Below are positions 38,783-46,515 of a DNA stretch of 64,000 bases, piece by piece. Made by a program: the position numbers and the translations under genes. The stretch is from an uncultured Methanosarcinales archaeon (lineage in GTDB: Archaea; Nanobdellota; Nanobdellia; Woesearchaeales; JAGLXL01). The notes below the pieces were generated by a model. That model was not told the origin of the DNA and did not search any database. It saw nothing but the letters and a program-made list of their open reading frames with translations. Numbering within the stretch: position 1 is the first letter of the stretch; each line of letters opens with the position of its first letter. The stretch is taken from contig CAYLKE010000003.1 in NCBI GenBank assembly GCA_964384425.1, positions 26,147 through 90,146 on the forward strand, given 5' to 3'.

Positions 38783-39776
38783 AGAAAAATACATGAAGAT
38801 AGCTATTGAATTATCTAAAAAAGGTAATTTAATTCATAGTCCTTATGTTGGATGCGTTGTTGTTAAATCAGATAAAATTATTGGAAAGGGATTTTACGAA
38901 TATGAAGGAGCTCAACATGCTGAAGTAATGGCTTTTAAGAATATACCTTCGAATGATGCAAATAAATCTACAGTGTATGTAACTGTAGAACCATGTTCAG
39001 TTTATTCACGTACTCCTCCATGCACCAGACTTCTAATAGAAAAAGGTATTGAAAAAGTAGTTATGGGTATGTTAGATCCAAATCCATTGACTAAGGGAAG
39101 AAGTATTAAAAAATTTAAAGAAAATAACATTGACTTCCAAATTGGGATTTACGAACAGGAAATAATTAAATTAAATCAAAATTATATAAATACTGTATTA
39201 AACAACATAGATAATAAGGAGTGTTTTAAATATCGTGGTGTTCTTTCATTATGTGGGTTACCCGGATCAGGAAAAAGTCAAATAAGTAGAATCGTAAAAT
39301 CAATGTATGATATTGATGTTTTAGATGTTAGCTCAAAGTTACGAAGTATATCTATTGAACGATATGGCAATTCAAACAGAAACAATCTCATAAAAACTAG
39401 AGAAAAGATTATTAATTCTATGGGCAAAACAGGAGTTTTGGAATTAGCTTTATCAGAACATAAACTCAATTCTGATATTCTTTTAATCGATAGTGTTAGA
39501 ATTCTAAAAGACATAGAATTATTGTATAATAAATTTTCATCTTATTCTAAGACTATTGGGGTAATTGCTTCAAAGTATCAAAGATATCAAAGAATAAAAG
39601 AAAGAAGTAACAATAACATTTCCCATGAAGAGTTTATATCAAGAGATAAATGGGAGAAGAAAATAGGTGTCACAGAATGTATTGCTTCTTCAGATTATGT
39701 AATAAATAATTTGACTGATTTAAGCAACTTAAAAAAACAAATCCATGATTTGTTAGACCATTTTTATTTATTATAA
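38772..39776 (+). CDS. RibD-type cytidine/deoxycytidylate-deaminase-fold domain fused to a P-loop nucleotide kinase
   Basis: HAEVMAF...TVYVTVEPCSVYSRTPPC...MLDPNP (RibD deaminase signature), then GLPGSGKS (Walker A) and an R-rich lid (QRYQRIKER). The start is ambiguous (38739 GTG, or 38754 or 38772 ATG). Confidence 0.7.
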   Translation: MSIEEKYMKIAIELSKKGNLIHSPYVGCVVVKSDKIIGKGFYEYEGAQHAEVMAFKNIPSNDANKSTVYVTVEPCSVYSRTPPCTRLLIEKGIEKVVMGMLDPNPLTKGRSIKKFKENNIDFQIGIYEQEIIKLNQNYINTVLNNIDNKECFKYRGVLSLCGLPGSGKSQISRIVKSMYDIDVLDVSSKLRSISIERYGNSNRNNLIKTREKIINSMGKTGVLELALSEHKLNSDILLIDSVRILKDIELLYNKFSSYSKTIGVIASKYQRYQRIKERSNNNISHEEFISRDKWEKKIGVTECIASSDYVINNLTDLSNLKKQIHDLLDHFYLL

Positions 39777-40558
39777 TTAGAACAGGAAGAATTAATTTTG
39801 CAAGAAGAACATAATTTTTTACTACAACCATATGAACCTGTAATCCACATAGCCCTATCTAAATCAAGAATATTAATATCATTATCTTTGCAGTAATCAG
39901 TATAGAATTTCTGTAGCTGAGATGCATAAAAATATTTGTCTTCTCGTGAATTTGTTTCTAAAGCAATTTTTGTCCACAAACTAATATTTACATCATGAGA
40001 ATCAATAGGCATCATCAATCCATCTAAACTTTTTGGACTTATAAGTTTTTGTTCTATCATGAAAAAGACGAGTAAATTTGATATTTTTGGACCAAACCCA
40101 TAAAAGTCAGATAAATTATTTAAGATATTCTTCACATCACCCTTAAAGACATTTTTTACATTCGATTGGTAATTATTAACTAATAATTGTGAATTATTTA
40201 ACCATCTTTTAATAGCTTGATTAGGAAATCTAGGTTTTAAATATTTTCTTAGATCTGATGATAATGTTTCTTCTTCATATTTAATAATTTGTTCTGCATC
40301 AAATAATTTGGGATTTTCATTATACATAGCAATCCCTCTTTCAATCAAAGAACTCATTTTAGTCCCATAATTAATGGAATTCATATAAAATAAAAATTTA
40401 AAGTGTTCTTCACTACCTGTTTTTATTGATGAAGGAATATTTTGATCAGGAGTGATAATATTCTCAGTAAATATGCCTGTTTTGTTATAAAATGAACTCA
40501 TTAATTCATTAATGACTTTTTTACTACGAGACAAATTAAATTTTAATTTATATTTCAT
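39764..40558 (-). CDS. HhH-GPD superfamily DNA glycosylase with C-terminal 4-Cys (Fe-S loop-like) motif
   Basis: HhH FYGFGPKISNLL, catalytic-Asp region MPIDSHD, and C-terminal GCSKKLCSSCKINSSC (C-x5-C-x2-C-x5-C, close to the EndoIII/MutY cluster spacing). Confidence 0.65.
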   Translation of the reverse strand: MKYKLKFNLSRSKKVINELMSSFYNKTGIFTENIITPDQNIPSSIKTGSEEHFKFLFYMNSINYGTKMSSLIERGIAMYNENPKLFDAEQIIKYEEETLSSDLRKYLKPRFPNQAIKRWLNNSQLLVNNYQSNVKNVFKGDVKNILNNLSDFYGFGPKISNLLVFFMIEQKLISPKSLDGLMMPIDSHDVNISLWTKIALETNSREDKYFYASQLQKFYTDYCKDNDINILDLDRAMWITGSYGCSKKLCSSCKINSSCSNYNK

Positions 40559-41465
40559 ATTTTTTTAGTATGTGGTCTATTTTCTTTATTGCGTAAGATG
40601 TTGTTTTTATAAATCTATCAGTTTTAATAAGGTTGTTAATTTTTTCATGATTCAAATTAAAATCATACCCTACTTGACTAATAGATTCACTAGCAATAAA
40701 AGTAGCAAATTTTAATGAACTGATTAAATTATTAGTTAAATTATAATTATATATAAAACTAGTTGCAAAGAAGTCTCCCGCACCAGTAGAGTCAATTTCT
40801 TTATTTGGATACGAACTAGTATGGTAAATTTTATTATTTTTAAATAATAAAGAACCTTCTTTATCTAATGTAACAAATAACATCAAATCTTTGTTACTTT
40901 TTGTTAATTGATTTATAGTACTTATTGTATTTTGATTTTCTAATTCTTTAATTTCACTCTTGTTAACAAATAAATAATTAACATTTTTAGAGATAGATAA
41001 TAATCTTTTAAGATTCCGAGCATAATCTCCTTGTGGGGAGAATGCCAAAGGAATATTTTCTCTCTTTGCTTTATTGGAAACATTTTTATGAAGTGAGTAA
41101 TTTGAAGTACATAAATAAATGAATTCAGAGTTCCAGAATTCATAAGGTAATCTCTCTAATTTCATTAATTTTTGTGATTCTCCAGATATCAATACTTTCC
41201 TTTCGTCTTCACAACGATAATCCAAAGTTATTCTTTTTGTTTTGACATTTTCTTTATTAATCTTCAAATTAATATTTTTCTTTTTAAGAAAATCAATAAA
41301 TTTAGGAGAGAAATCGTTGCCTATTGTAGTATATAATGAAACATCTGATTTAAATTGTGTAAAACTCAGAGATGCATAAATTGCAGAACTTCCCATTAAA
41401 GTAATTTCTTTATCATTATAAATTAAATTATCTATAGAGATTGAACCAAGTACAGAATATTTCAT
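40548..41465 (-). CDS. PfkB-family (ribokinase-like) sugar/nucleoside kinase
   Basis: C-terminal signature DSTGAGDFFATSFIY. Length and N-terminal beta-strand pattern are typical of the family. Confidence 0.75.
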   Translation of the reverse strand: MKYSVLGSISIDNLIYNDKEITLMGSSAIYASLSFTQFKSDVSLYTTIGNDFSPKFIDFLKKKNINLKINKENVKTKRITLDYRCEDERKVLISGESQKLMKLERLPYEFWNSEFIYLCTSNYSLHKNVSNKAKRENIPLAFSPQGDYARNLKRLLSISKNVNYLFVNKSEIKELENQNTISTINQLTKSNKDLMLFVTLDKEGSLLFKNNKIYHTSSYPNKEIDSTGAGDFFATSFIYNYNLTNNLISSLKFATFIASESISQVGYDFNLNHEKINNLIKTDRFIKTTSYAIKKIDHILKKYEI

Positions 41466-42442
41466 TTTTCTAGATCTATTATGTCTCCAATATTTGGACC
41501 TTTTGTTAAAAGAGCCACCTTAACATTCGTTTGTTCTTCTATAAAGTTAATGGTTTTTTGAACATTTCTATCTATTTCATTGTTCATTGAAATATAATCT
41601 GTGAAAGTTAATGCTATTTTAGTTGCACCATTTACTATAGAAGCATTTTTAATCAAATCAACATCCAGACCCCCAACTCTCCGTAATCTTTTAGTTATCG
41701 ATGAATATTCTTTTATATTACTATTTGTTTCTTCTTGATACAATCTTCCTGGTCCAACTCTGCTTTCTCTACATCTTACAACTAAATAAACCTCTTTAAC
41801 TCTTTGAGGAGATAAGCCTAGACTAGACAGAGCCTCTGAAGTTGTTGTATCTCTACTAGTAACGTAAGGATAATCTCCATGATATAAAGATAATCCAAAT
41901 CCTTGACTCCCTTCGACAATCAAAGAATCTCCATTATTTAATCTTGAATTTATCTCTTTTACTGTATCTATTTGATATTCACTTAATATTTTAATATCTT
42001 TCATCAATTTAGCTTTTCTTAAAATTCTATCAGAATATGCTTCTCCAACACCTGATAAAGTTGATCCAACTTCTTTTTCAAGAAATTTATTTTGTTTTTC
42101 TCTAAGAATATATTCTTCTTCAATAACTGCACTAAATTTATCGACTTTGACTCTATTTGGGTTTAATTTAAACATATTGATTTCAGTAAGTAATGTCTGG
42201 GGGTGAATTAACATTCCTCTAGATAAATACAATGTTGTGTTATTGTTTGTAACTCCTGCAGGAATATGTCTTAATACTATTTTTTCATTGTTGTAATGAA
42301 TAGTATGTCCTGAATTATATGATCCTACTCTTGCCGCCATATTAAAATTATCTCTATTACATAAATAAGATGAAATTCGCCCTTTTCCTTCATTACCATA
42401 TTGAGATCCAATAACTAGAGTAACTTCATTTTTATAATCCAT
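41462..42442 (-). CDS. Short adenylosuccinate-synthetase-family enzyme (PurA/PurZ-like) with Asp->Asn in the P-loop
   Basis: GSQYGNEGKGR (cf. PurA GTQWGDEGKGK), NSGHT (cf. NAGHT), VEGSQG, YPYVTS, SRVGPG, KRLRRVGGLD. 326 aa, like short archaeal PurA. Confidence 0.7.
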   Translation of the reverse strand: MDYKNEVTLVIGSQYGNEGKGRISSYLCNRDNFNMAARVGSYNSGHTIHYNNEKIVLRHIPAGVTNNNTTLYLSRGMLIHPQTLLTEINMFKLNPNRVKVDKFSAVIEEEYILREKQNKFLEKEVGSTLSGVGEAYSDRILRKAKLMKDIKILSEYQIDTVKEINSRLNNGDSLIVEGSQGFGLSLYHGDYPYVTSRDTTTSEALSSLGLSPQRVKEVYLVVRCRESRVGPGRLYQEETNSNIKEYSSITKRLRRVGGLDVDLIKNASIVNGATKIALTFTDYISMNNEIDRNVQKTINFIEEQTNVKVALLTKGPNIGDIIDLEK

Positions 42443-42791
42443 TTTGAATCATCCCCTTATCAGTATCAAAACTTAACATATTAATATCATCAATTGGTAT
42501 CCACATTAATTCTTCTGCTTCATTTGTTTTAATTTCTCCATCCCATTGAGATATCAAGTAATAATTTATGTTCAGGACATTTCTTGTTTTAGTTCCTAAG
42601 AATTTAATCTCTTTTGCTTTAATATTTAATTCTTCTTTAATTTCTCTTGTGACTGCATTTTCATGCGATTCATTAGCCTCAACTTTTCCACCAGGAATCA
42701 TGATTGTATCTGGATCTAATAATTTATTTTTCTTTCTTTTTTCAACAAGAATCATATTTTCTTTTTTTAATATAAAAGATACAATTTCCAT
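42432..42791 (-). CDS. Nudix hydrolase (MutT-like)
   Basis: Nudix box GKVEANESHENAVTREIKEELNI fits G-x5-E-x7-REUxEE. Confidence 0.8.
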   Translation of the reverse strand: MEIVSFILKKENMILVEKRKKNKLLDPDTIMIPGGKVEANESHENAVTREIKEELNIKAKEIKFLGTKTRNVLNINYYLISQWDGEIKTNEAEELMWIPIDDINMLSFDTDKGMIQNGL

Positions 42792-42954
42792 AAAGTTAGC
42801 AAATTTAAGTAATATATAAAGATTATCTTAATTTAATAGTATAATGTCGGAAATAATCTGACAGTAAGTTTAATAAATAAGTTTATCACTTAGATGATAT
42901 AAAAAAATAAATCAAAAAGATGCTAAAAAATATGCATTACAATAATTTAAGAAA

Positions 42955-43344
42955 ATGCCTGAATTAGAAAAGCAGTGGAATATTATTCATTCAGAATCAA
43001 TAATAGAAATATTGAACGTTATTGCTACTAACAAAAATATGAATTTAGAAAAATTCTTTTCTTTGGCATGGCTACATGATATTGGAAAAATTAAATCAGA
43101 AAAAAACCATGCAGAAATAAGTTTAGAAATGTTAAAAGAAGAATTTGAATTGGATGAAATTGATAAAGATTGTATTTTAAATCATGGATCCTCATCAGAA
43201 CCAAAGACCAAAGAAGGAGAAATATTTCGTTATGCTGATGGATTATCTTTATTTACTAATGAATCGATTAAGTTTAGATTCTATGCAGAGGCTAAAGAAG
43301 GATTAGATTTTGAACAAATCAAAGAAAAACTCAAAAAGATATAA
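42955..43344 (+). CDS. Small HD-domain phosphohydrolase
   Basis: LAWLHDIGK (HD dyad) with downstream H (NHAE, LNHG) and D (YADG) residues. 129 aa. Confidence 0.6.
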   Translation: MPELEKQWNIIHSESIIEILNVIATNKNMNLEKFFSLAWLHDIGKIKSEKNHAEISLEMLKEEFELDEIDKDCILNHGSSSEPKTKEGEIFRYADGLSLFTNESIKFRFYAEAKEGLDFEQIKEKLKKI

Positions 43345-43421
43345 AAAGTATAAGATAAAATATTAAGATTTGAAAACAACATTATATTTTCAAAGAAACT
43401 ACATCAGCTAAAAATACAAAA

Positions 43422-43871
43422 ATGAAAAACTTAACTAAATTCCTAAAATATGCAAAAAAGAAAGCATATGCTTCGAAATTAACTTTTCCTAAGAAGACAA
43501 TTTTTAATGGTAAACGACATATAATTAAAAAAGATGATTTGATTTATATTGATACTTATTATGGAGATAAAACATTTTCAGGTAAGGAAGTTATATTAAT
43601 TAAAAAATCTCCTGTTTGGTCTATGGTTTATTATGGAGGTATTAAAGATAATGACTTAAATAAAAAAGATATTTACAAATTCTTAAAATATTGTTTAAGA
43701 GATATTCCAGATACATTTCCAATAAGAGGGAAAAACAATATTGTTAAAAATAGATTCAAATATGTAAATAAATGGAAAGGGGATTTAAAATCATTTGAAG
43801 GAAACGAAAGGATTTATTTTAAAGAAAAATTAGTGTATTCTTTGAGATATATTGGTGGAAAAATCAATTAA
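43422..43871 (+). CDS. Hypothetical protein (DUF5680-like by recollection)
   Basis: The pattern Y.D.Y.G...F.G.E.V......P.W.M.Y.GG is recalled from DUF5680-type proteins. The assignment is unverified. Confidence 0.3.
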   Translation: MKNLTKFLKYAKKKAYASKLTFPKKTIFNGKRHIIKKDDLIYIDTYYGDKTFSGKEVILIKKSPVWSMVYYGGIKDNDLNKKDIYKFLKYCLRDIPDTFPIRGKNNIVKNRFKYVNKWKGDLKSFEGNERIYFKEKLVYSLRYIGGKIN

Positions 43872-43872
43872 A

Positions 43873-43981
43873 TATAGAAAACTTAGAAAATAAATTCAAG
43901 ATAACAGACAAGAAGTTTTTCTTTATCATAGAAGATCTGAAAAGAGAGGAATTTATGGGGAATCCTAATCTAATTAATTAA
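43873..43981 (+). pseudogene. Orphan 3' fragment of the Lrp/AsnC gene
   Basis: Its 5' part is identical to copy B (37336..37416). Its 3' part and downstream 17 nt are identical to copy A (34553..34599). It encodes ...EEFMGNPNLIN*. Confidence 0.85.
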
Positions 43982-44002
43982 TTTTTTATTTTGTTTTTGT
44001 TT

Positions 44003-44107
44003 ATTATGATTTATAAATTCCTCGCTAGTACTTGTCCAGTGTGTCCAGTGGAATCATTCCGAATAATTGTTAGAAGTGTTTTTAAAAAATATTTCTTAAG
44101 AAAAGTT
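44003..44107. repeat. Junction repeat A, copy 1
   Basis: attatgatttataaattcctcgctagtacttgtccagtgtgtccagtggaa + hairpin ggaat-c-attcc + ..ttgttagaagtgtttttaaaaaatatttcttaagaaaagtt, ending at a start codon (44108). Confidence 0.85.
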
Positions 44108-44761
44108 ATGGAAAACCGAAAACTATTTAAATGTTTAAATAATATAAACAATTGTTTAAAAATGTTAAACATAATAAATAAAGGTTATAAAAAGATATTG
44201 AAGTTATTTTATGATAATAGAAAGAGTTTTCATCTTAGGGAAATTGCTAAAAAAACTTCTCTTAATGAAAATAGTGCATATCGTTTTCTTAATGTTTTAG
44301 AAAAAGAAAACATATTAAAATCAAATAAAAAAGCTAATCTTAAGCTTTTTTCATTAAATAAAAACAATAAAGTTTATTCTTTGTTGTCTTGTTTTGATAT
44401 TGAAAGATATGAAAAACTTCCTTCTATAAAAAAACAAGCAATAGGATATTTTTTAGAAAAATTAGATAAAAAACCATTTATAGTGATACTATTTGGTTCA
44501 ACAGCAAAAGAAACTTATAGAAAAGATTCAGATATTGATTTGTTTTTAATAGTCAATGAAAAGATAAATACTAGAAAAGCAAAAAATTACACTGATTCAC
44601 AAACAGCACAAATAATAAATGATTTTCAAATAAGTTTTAATGATTTTAAAAAAGATCTTAAAATGAAATCAGAAAAAGTTCTGCAATCAGCTCTTGAAAC
44701 AGGATATCCCATATTAAATCATATTGAGTTTTATAGGTGTGTTGAAGATGAAGAAATATGA
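44108..44761 (+). CDS. wHTH + MNT nucleotidyltransferase (pair 2)
   Basis: LFGSTAKETYRKDSDIDLFLI. Start moved to the ATG at 44108, because the track's N-terminal extension translates repeat A. Confidence 0.75.
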   Translation: MENRKLFKCLNNINNCLKMLNIINKGYKKILKLFYDNRKSFHLREIAKKTSLNENSAYRFLNVLEKENILKSNKKANLKLFSLNKNNKVYSLLSCFDIERYEKLPSIKKQAIGYFLEKLDKKPFIVILFGSTAKETYRKDSDIDLFLIVNEKINTRKAKNYTDSQTAQIINDFQISFNDFKKDLKMKSEKVLQSALETGYPILNHIEFYRCVEDEEI

Positions 44762-45263
44762 TATTGATAGATATCTTGATAATAAAAATCTTGTTGAAAA
44801 AAAGATAAATGAATTTATTAAGGATAAGGTAATTGTTAAAGAAACTTCTCCATCTGAGATAAAAGGACATATGCTAAAAGCAAGTCATAATCTTGAATTT
44901 ATAAAAAAGATAAGTAAAACAGAATTTAAAGATTGGGCTGTTACTGGATGTTATTATGCTTCGTATCATGCAGCATTGGCTTTGATAATGACAAGAGGAT
45001 ATTCTTCTAAAAATCATCTTGCCACTTTTTTAATAATAGTAAAAGAATTCTATAAAAAAGGATTAGAAAAAGAAGATATTGAAGTTTTTTCAGACATGTT
45101 GGATTATGAAGATATATTATTTTATGTTGAGTTTAAAAACAAAAGAGAAGATGCAAGTTATTCAACTAATCTTTTATTTGATAAAAAAGATGTTGAAGAA
45201 TTAAGAATAAAAGCAGTATTGTTTGTTTCTAAGATAAGATCTATTATTAGGAATAATTCTTAA
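44748..45263 (+). CDS. HEPN-domain protein (pair 2)
   Basis: GCYYASYHAALAL...SKNH...REDASY. ATG at 44748 overlaps the MNT stop. Confidence 0.65.
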   Translation: MKKYDIDRYLDNKNLVEKKINEFIKDKVIVKETSPSEIKGHMLKASHNLEFIKKISKTEFKDWAVTGCYYASYHAALALIMTRGYSSKNHLATFLIIVKEFYKKGLEKEDIEVFSDMLDYEDILFYVEFKNKREDASYSTNLLFDKKDVEELRIKAVLFVSKIRSIIRNNS

Positions 45264-45295
45264 ATATTTAATAATAGATTTAAAATTTTTGATGT

Positions 45296-45649
45296 TTATT
45301 TTTTGAGATTAGTCCATTTTATATTTTTTTCTCCTCTAGAAATAGATATTTTTTTACTCATATCATCACTTACAGAATACTTTATATATTCATCAAAATA
45401 ACAATCAATATAATTTAATTTATTTTTTAAATACCAAATTATTTGTTCATAAAATTCTGGAAGACAAACTATACAATATCCCTTTCCCAAATAATCACCT
45501 TCTTTAATTTTATTGTCAACAATACTTTCTGCAAATTCTTTAGCTTTTATAAGGTCTTTTTCAAATTCTTTATGAGAGACATCTTTAACCAATATATTAT
45601 AGTCATATTCTCCTTCATACCAATGATATTCTATTTTAAAAATTCTCAT
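45296..45649 (-). CDS. Hypothetical protein
   Basis: 117-aa ORF with no recognised motif. Confidence 0.35.
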   Translation of the reverse strand: MRIFKIEYHWYEGEYDYNILVKDVSHKEFEKDLIKAKEFAESIVDNKIKEGDYLGKGYCIVCLPEFYEQIIWYLKNKLNYIDCYFDEYIKYSVSDDMSKKISISRGEKNIKWTNLKK

Positions 45650-45684
45650 TTTTCCCCTCCTTTTTAATAATAATATTTTTAGAA

Positions 45685-45843
45685 ATTATGATTTATAAAT
45701 TCCTCGCTAGTACTTGTCCAGTGTGTCCAGTGGAAAGATACTAAAAACTCAAAAGTTTTGGTATCTTAAAAAATCTTTGATTTTTGTAAGATTTCCGATT
45801 AATTGTTAGAATCACTTTTAAAAGAATTTTCTTAAGAAAAGTT
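45685..45843. repeat. Junction repeat A, copy 2 (with 53-nt insertion 45738..45790 in the hairpin loop)
   Basis: First 50 nt are identical to copy 1. The insertion is flanked by aagat/aagat and contains a 12-bp stem (agatactaaaac/gttttggtatct, one U-G pair). The repeat runs into the radC start. Confidence 0.85.
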
Positions 45844-46500
45844 ATGAAAATAAAAGAGATGTGTGTAAGGGAAAGACCAAGAGAGAGGTTGAAGAAAGAT
45901 GGAGTTAGTTGTTTGAGTAATTCTGAGTTGTTAGGTGTTGTTTTAGGCAATGGAAGTAGAAAAGAGAATGTTGTTGATATGTGTAATAGATTGATTTCTA
46001 ATATTGGAATGAAGAAGTTGAGTAAAAGTAGTTTGAAAGAGTTGCAAGAGTTTCATGGAGTTGGTTTTTGTAAAGCTTGTCAGATACTTGCTTTGTTTGA
46101 GTTTTGTAAACGGGTGGAAGTTATTAAGAATGAAAGAGTTATTATTAAAAGTGCTAAAGATGTTTTTAATTATATTTATCCAAAAGTTAAAGATTTAGAT
46201 AAAGAACATTTTATTGTTTTGATGTTAGACACAAGAAATGGAATTATTAAAGATGAAGTTGTATCAGTGGGAACGTTAAATAGTTCTTTAATTCATCCTC
46301 GTGAAGTGTTTAAGTCAGCTATAAAAGAAAGTGCAAATGCATTGATCCTCGTTCACAACCATCCATCAGGTGATTGTAGTCCATCAGATGAAGATATTGA
46401 TGTTACAAAGAAGTTGATAAAAGTTGGAGAGGTTGTTGGAATAAAAGTACTAGATCATGTAATTGTTGGAGGAGGGAAATGGTGGAGTTGGGATGGATGA
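45844..46500 (+). CDS. radC: RadC-like JAB-domain protein
   Basis: N-terminal RERPRERL...LSNSELLGVVLG, HhH-like region, JAMM motif HNHPSG...PS..D. Confidence 0.85.
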   Translation: MKIKEMCVRERPRERLKKDGVSCLSNSELLGVVLGNGSRKENVVDMCNRLISNIGMKKLSKSSLKELQEFHGVGFCKACQILALFEFCKRVEVIKNERVIIKSAKDVFNYIYPKVKDLDKEHFIVLMLDTRNGIIKDEVVSVGTLNSSLIHPREVFKSAIKESANALILVHNHPSGDCSPSDEDIDVTKKLIKVGEVVGIKVLDHVIVGGGKWWSWDG

Positions 46501-46515
46501 GTTATGTTTTTTCTT

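Noticed and set aside
41462-42442. Annotating the PurA-family gene simply as housekeeping purA
   Set aside because: Not fully rejected, but downgraded. The gene lies on a repeat-bracketed cassette, is translationally coupled to Nudix and PfkB genes, and carries an Asp->Asn change in the catalytic P-loop. A plain purA label would therefore hide the uncertainty.
43991-44107. N-terminal extension of the MNT ORF (MFLFIMIYKFLASTCPVCPVESFRIIVRSV...), with a tempting CPVCPV motif
   Set aside because: This stretch is the translation of junction repeat A, which recurs in non-coding contexts and in other frames. The real start is the ATG at 44108.
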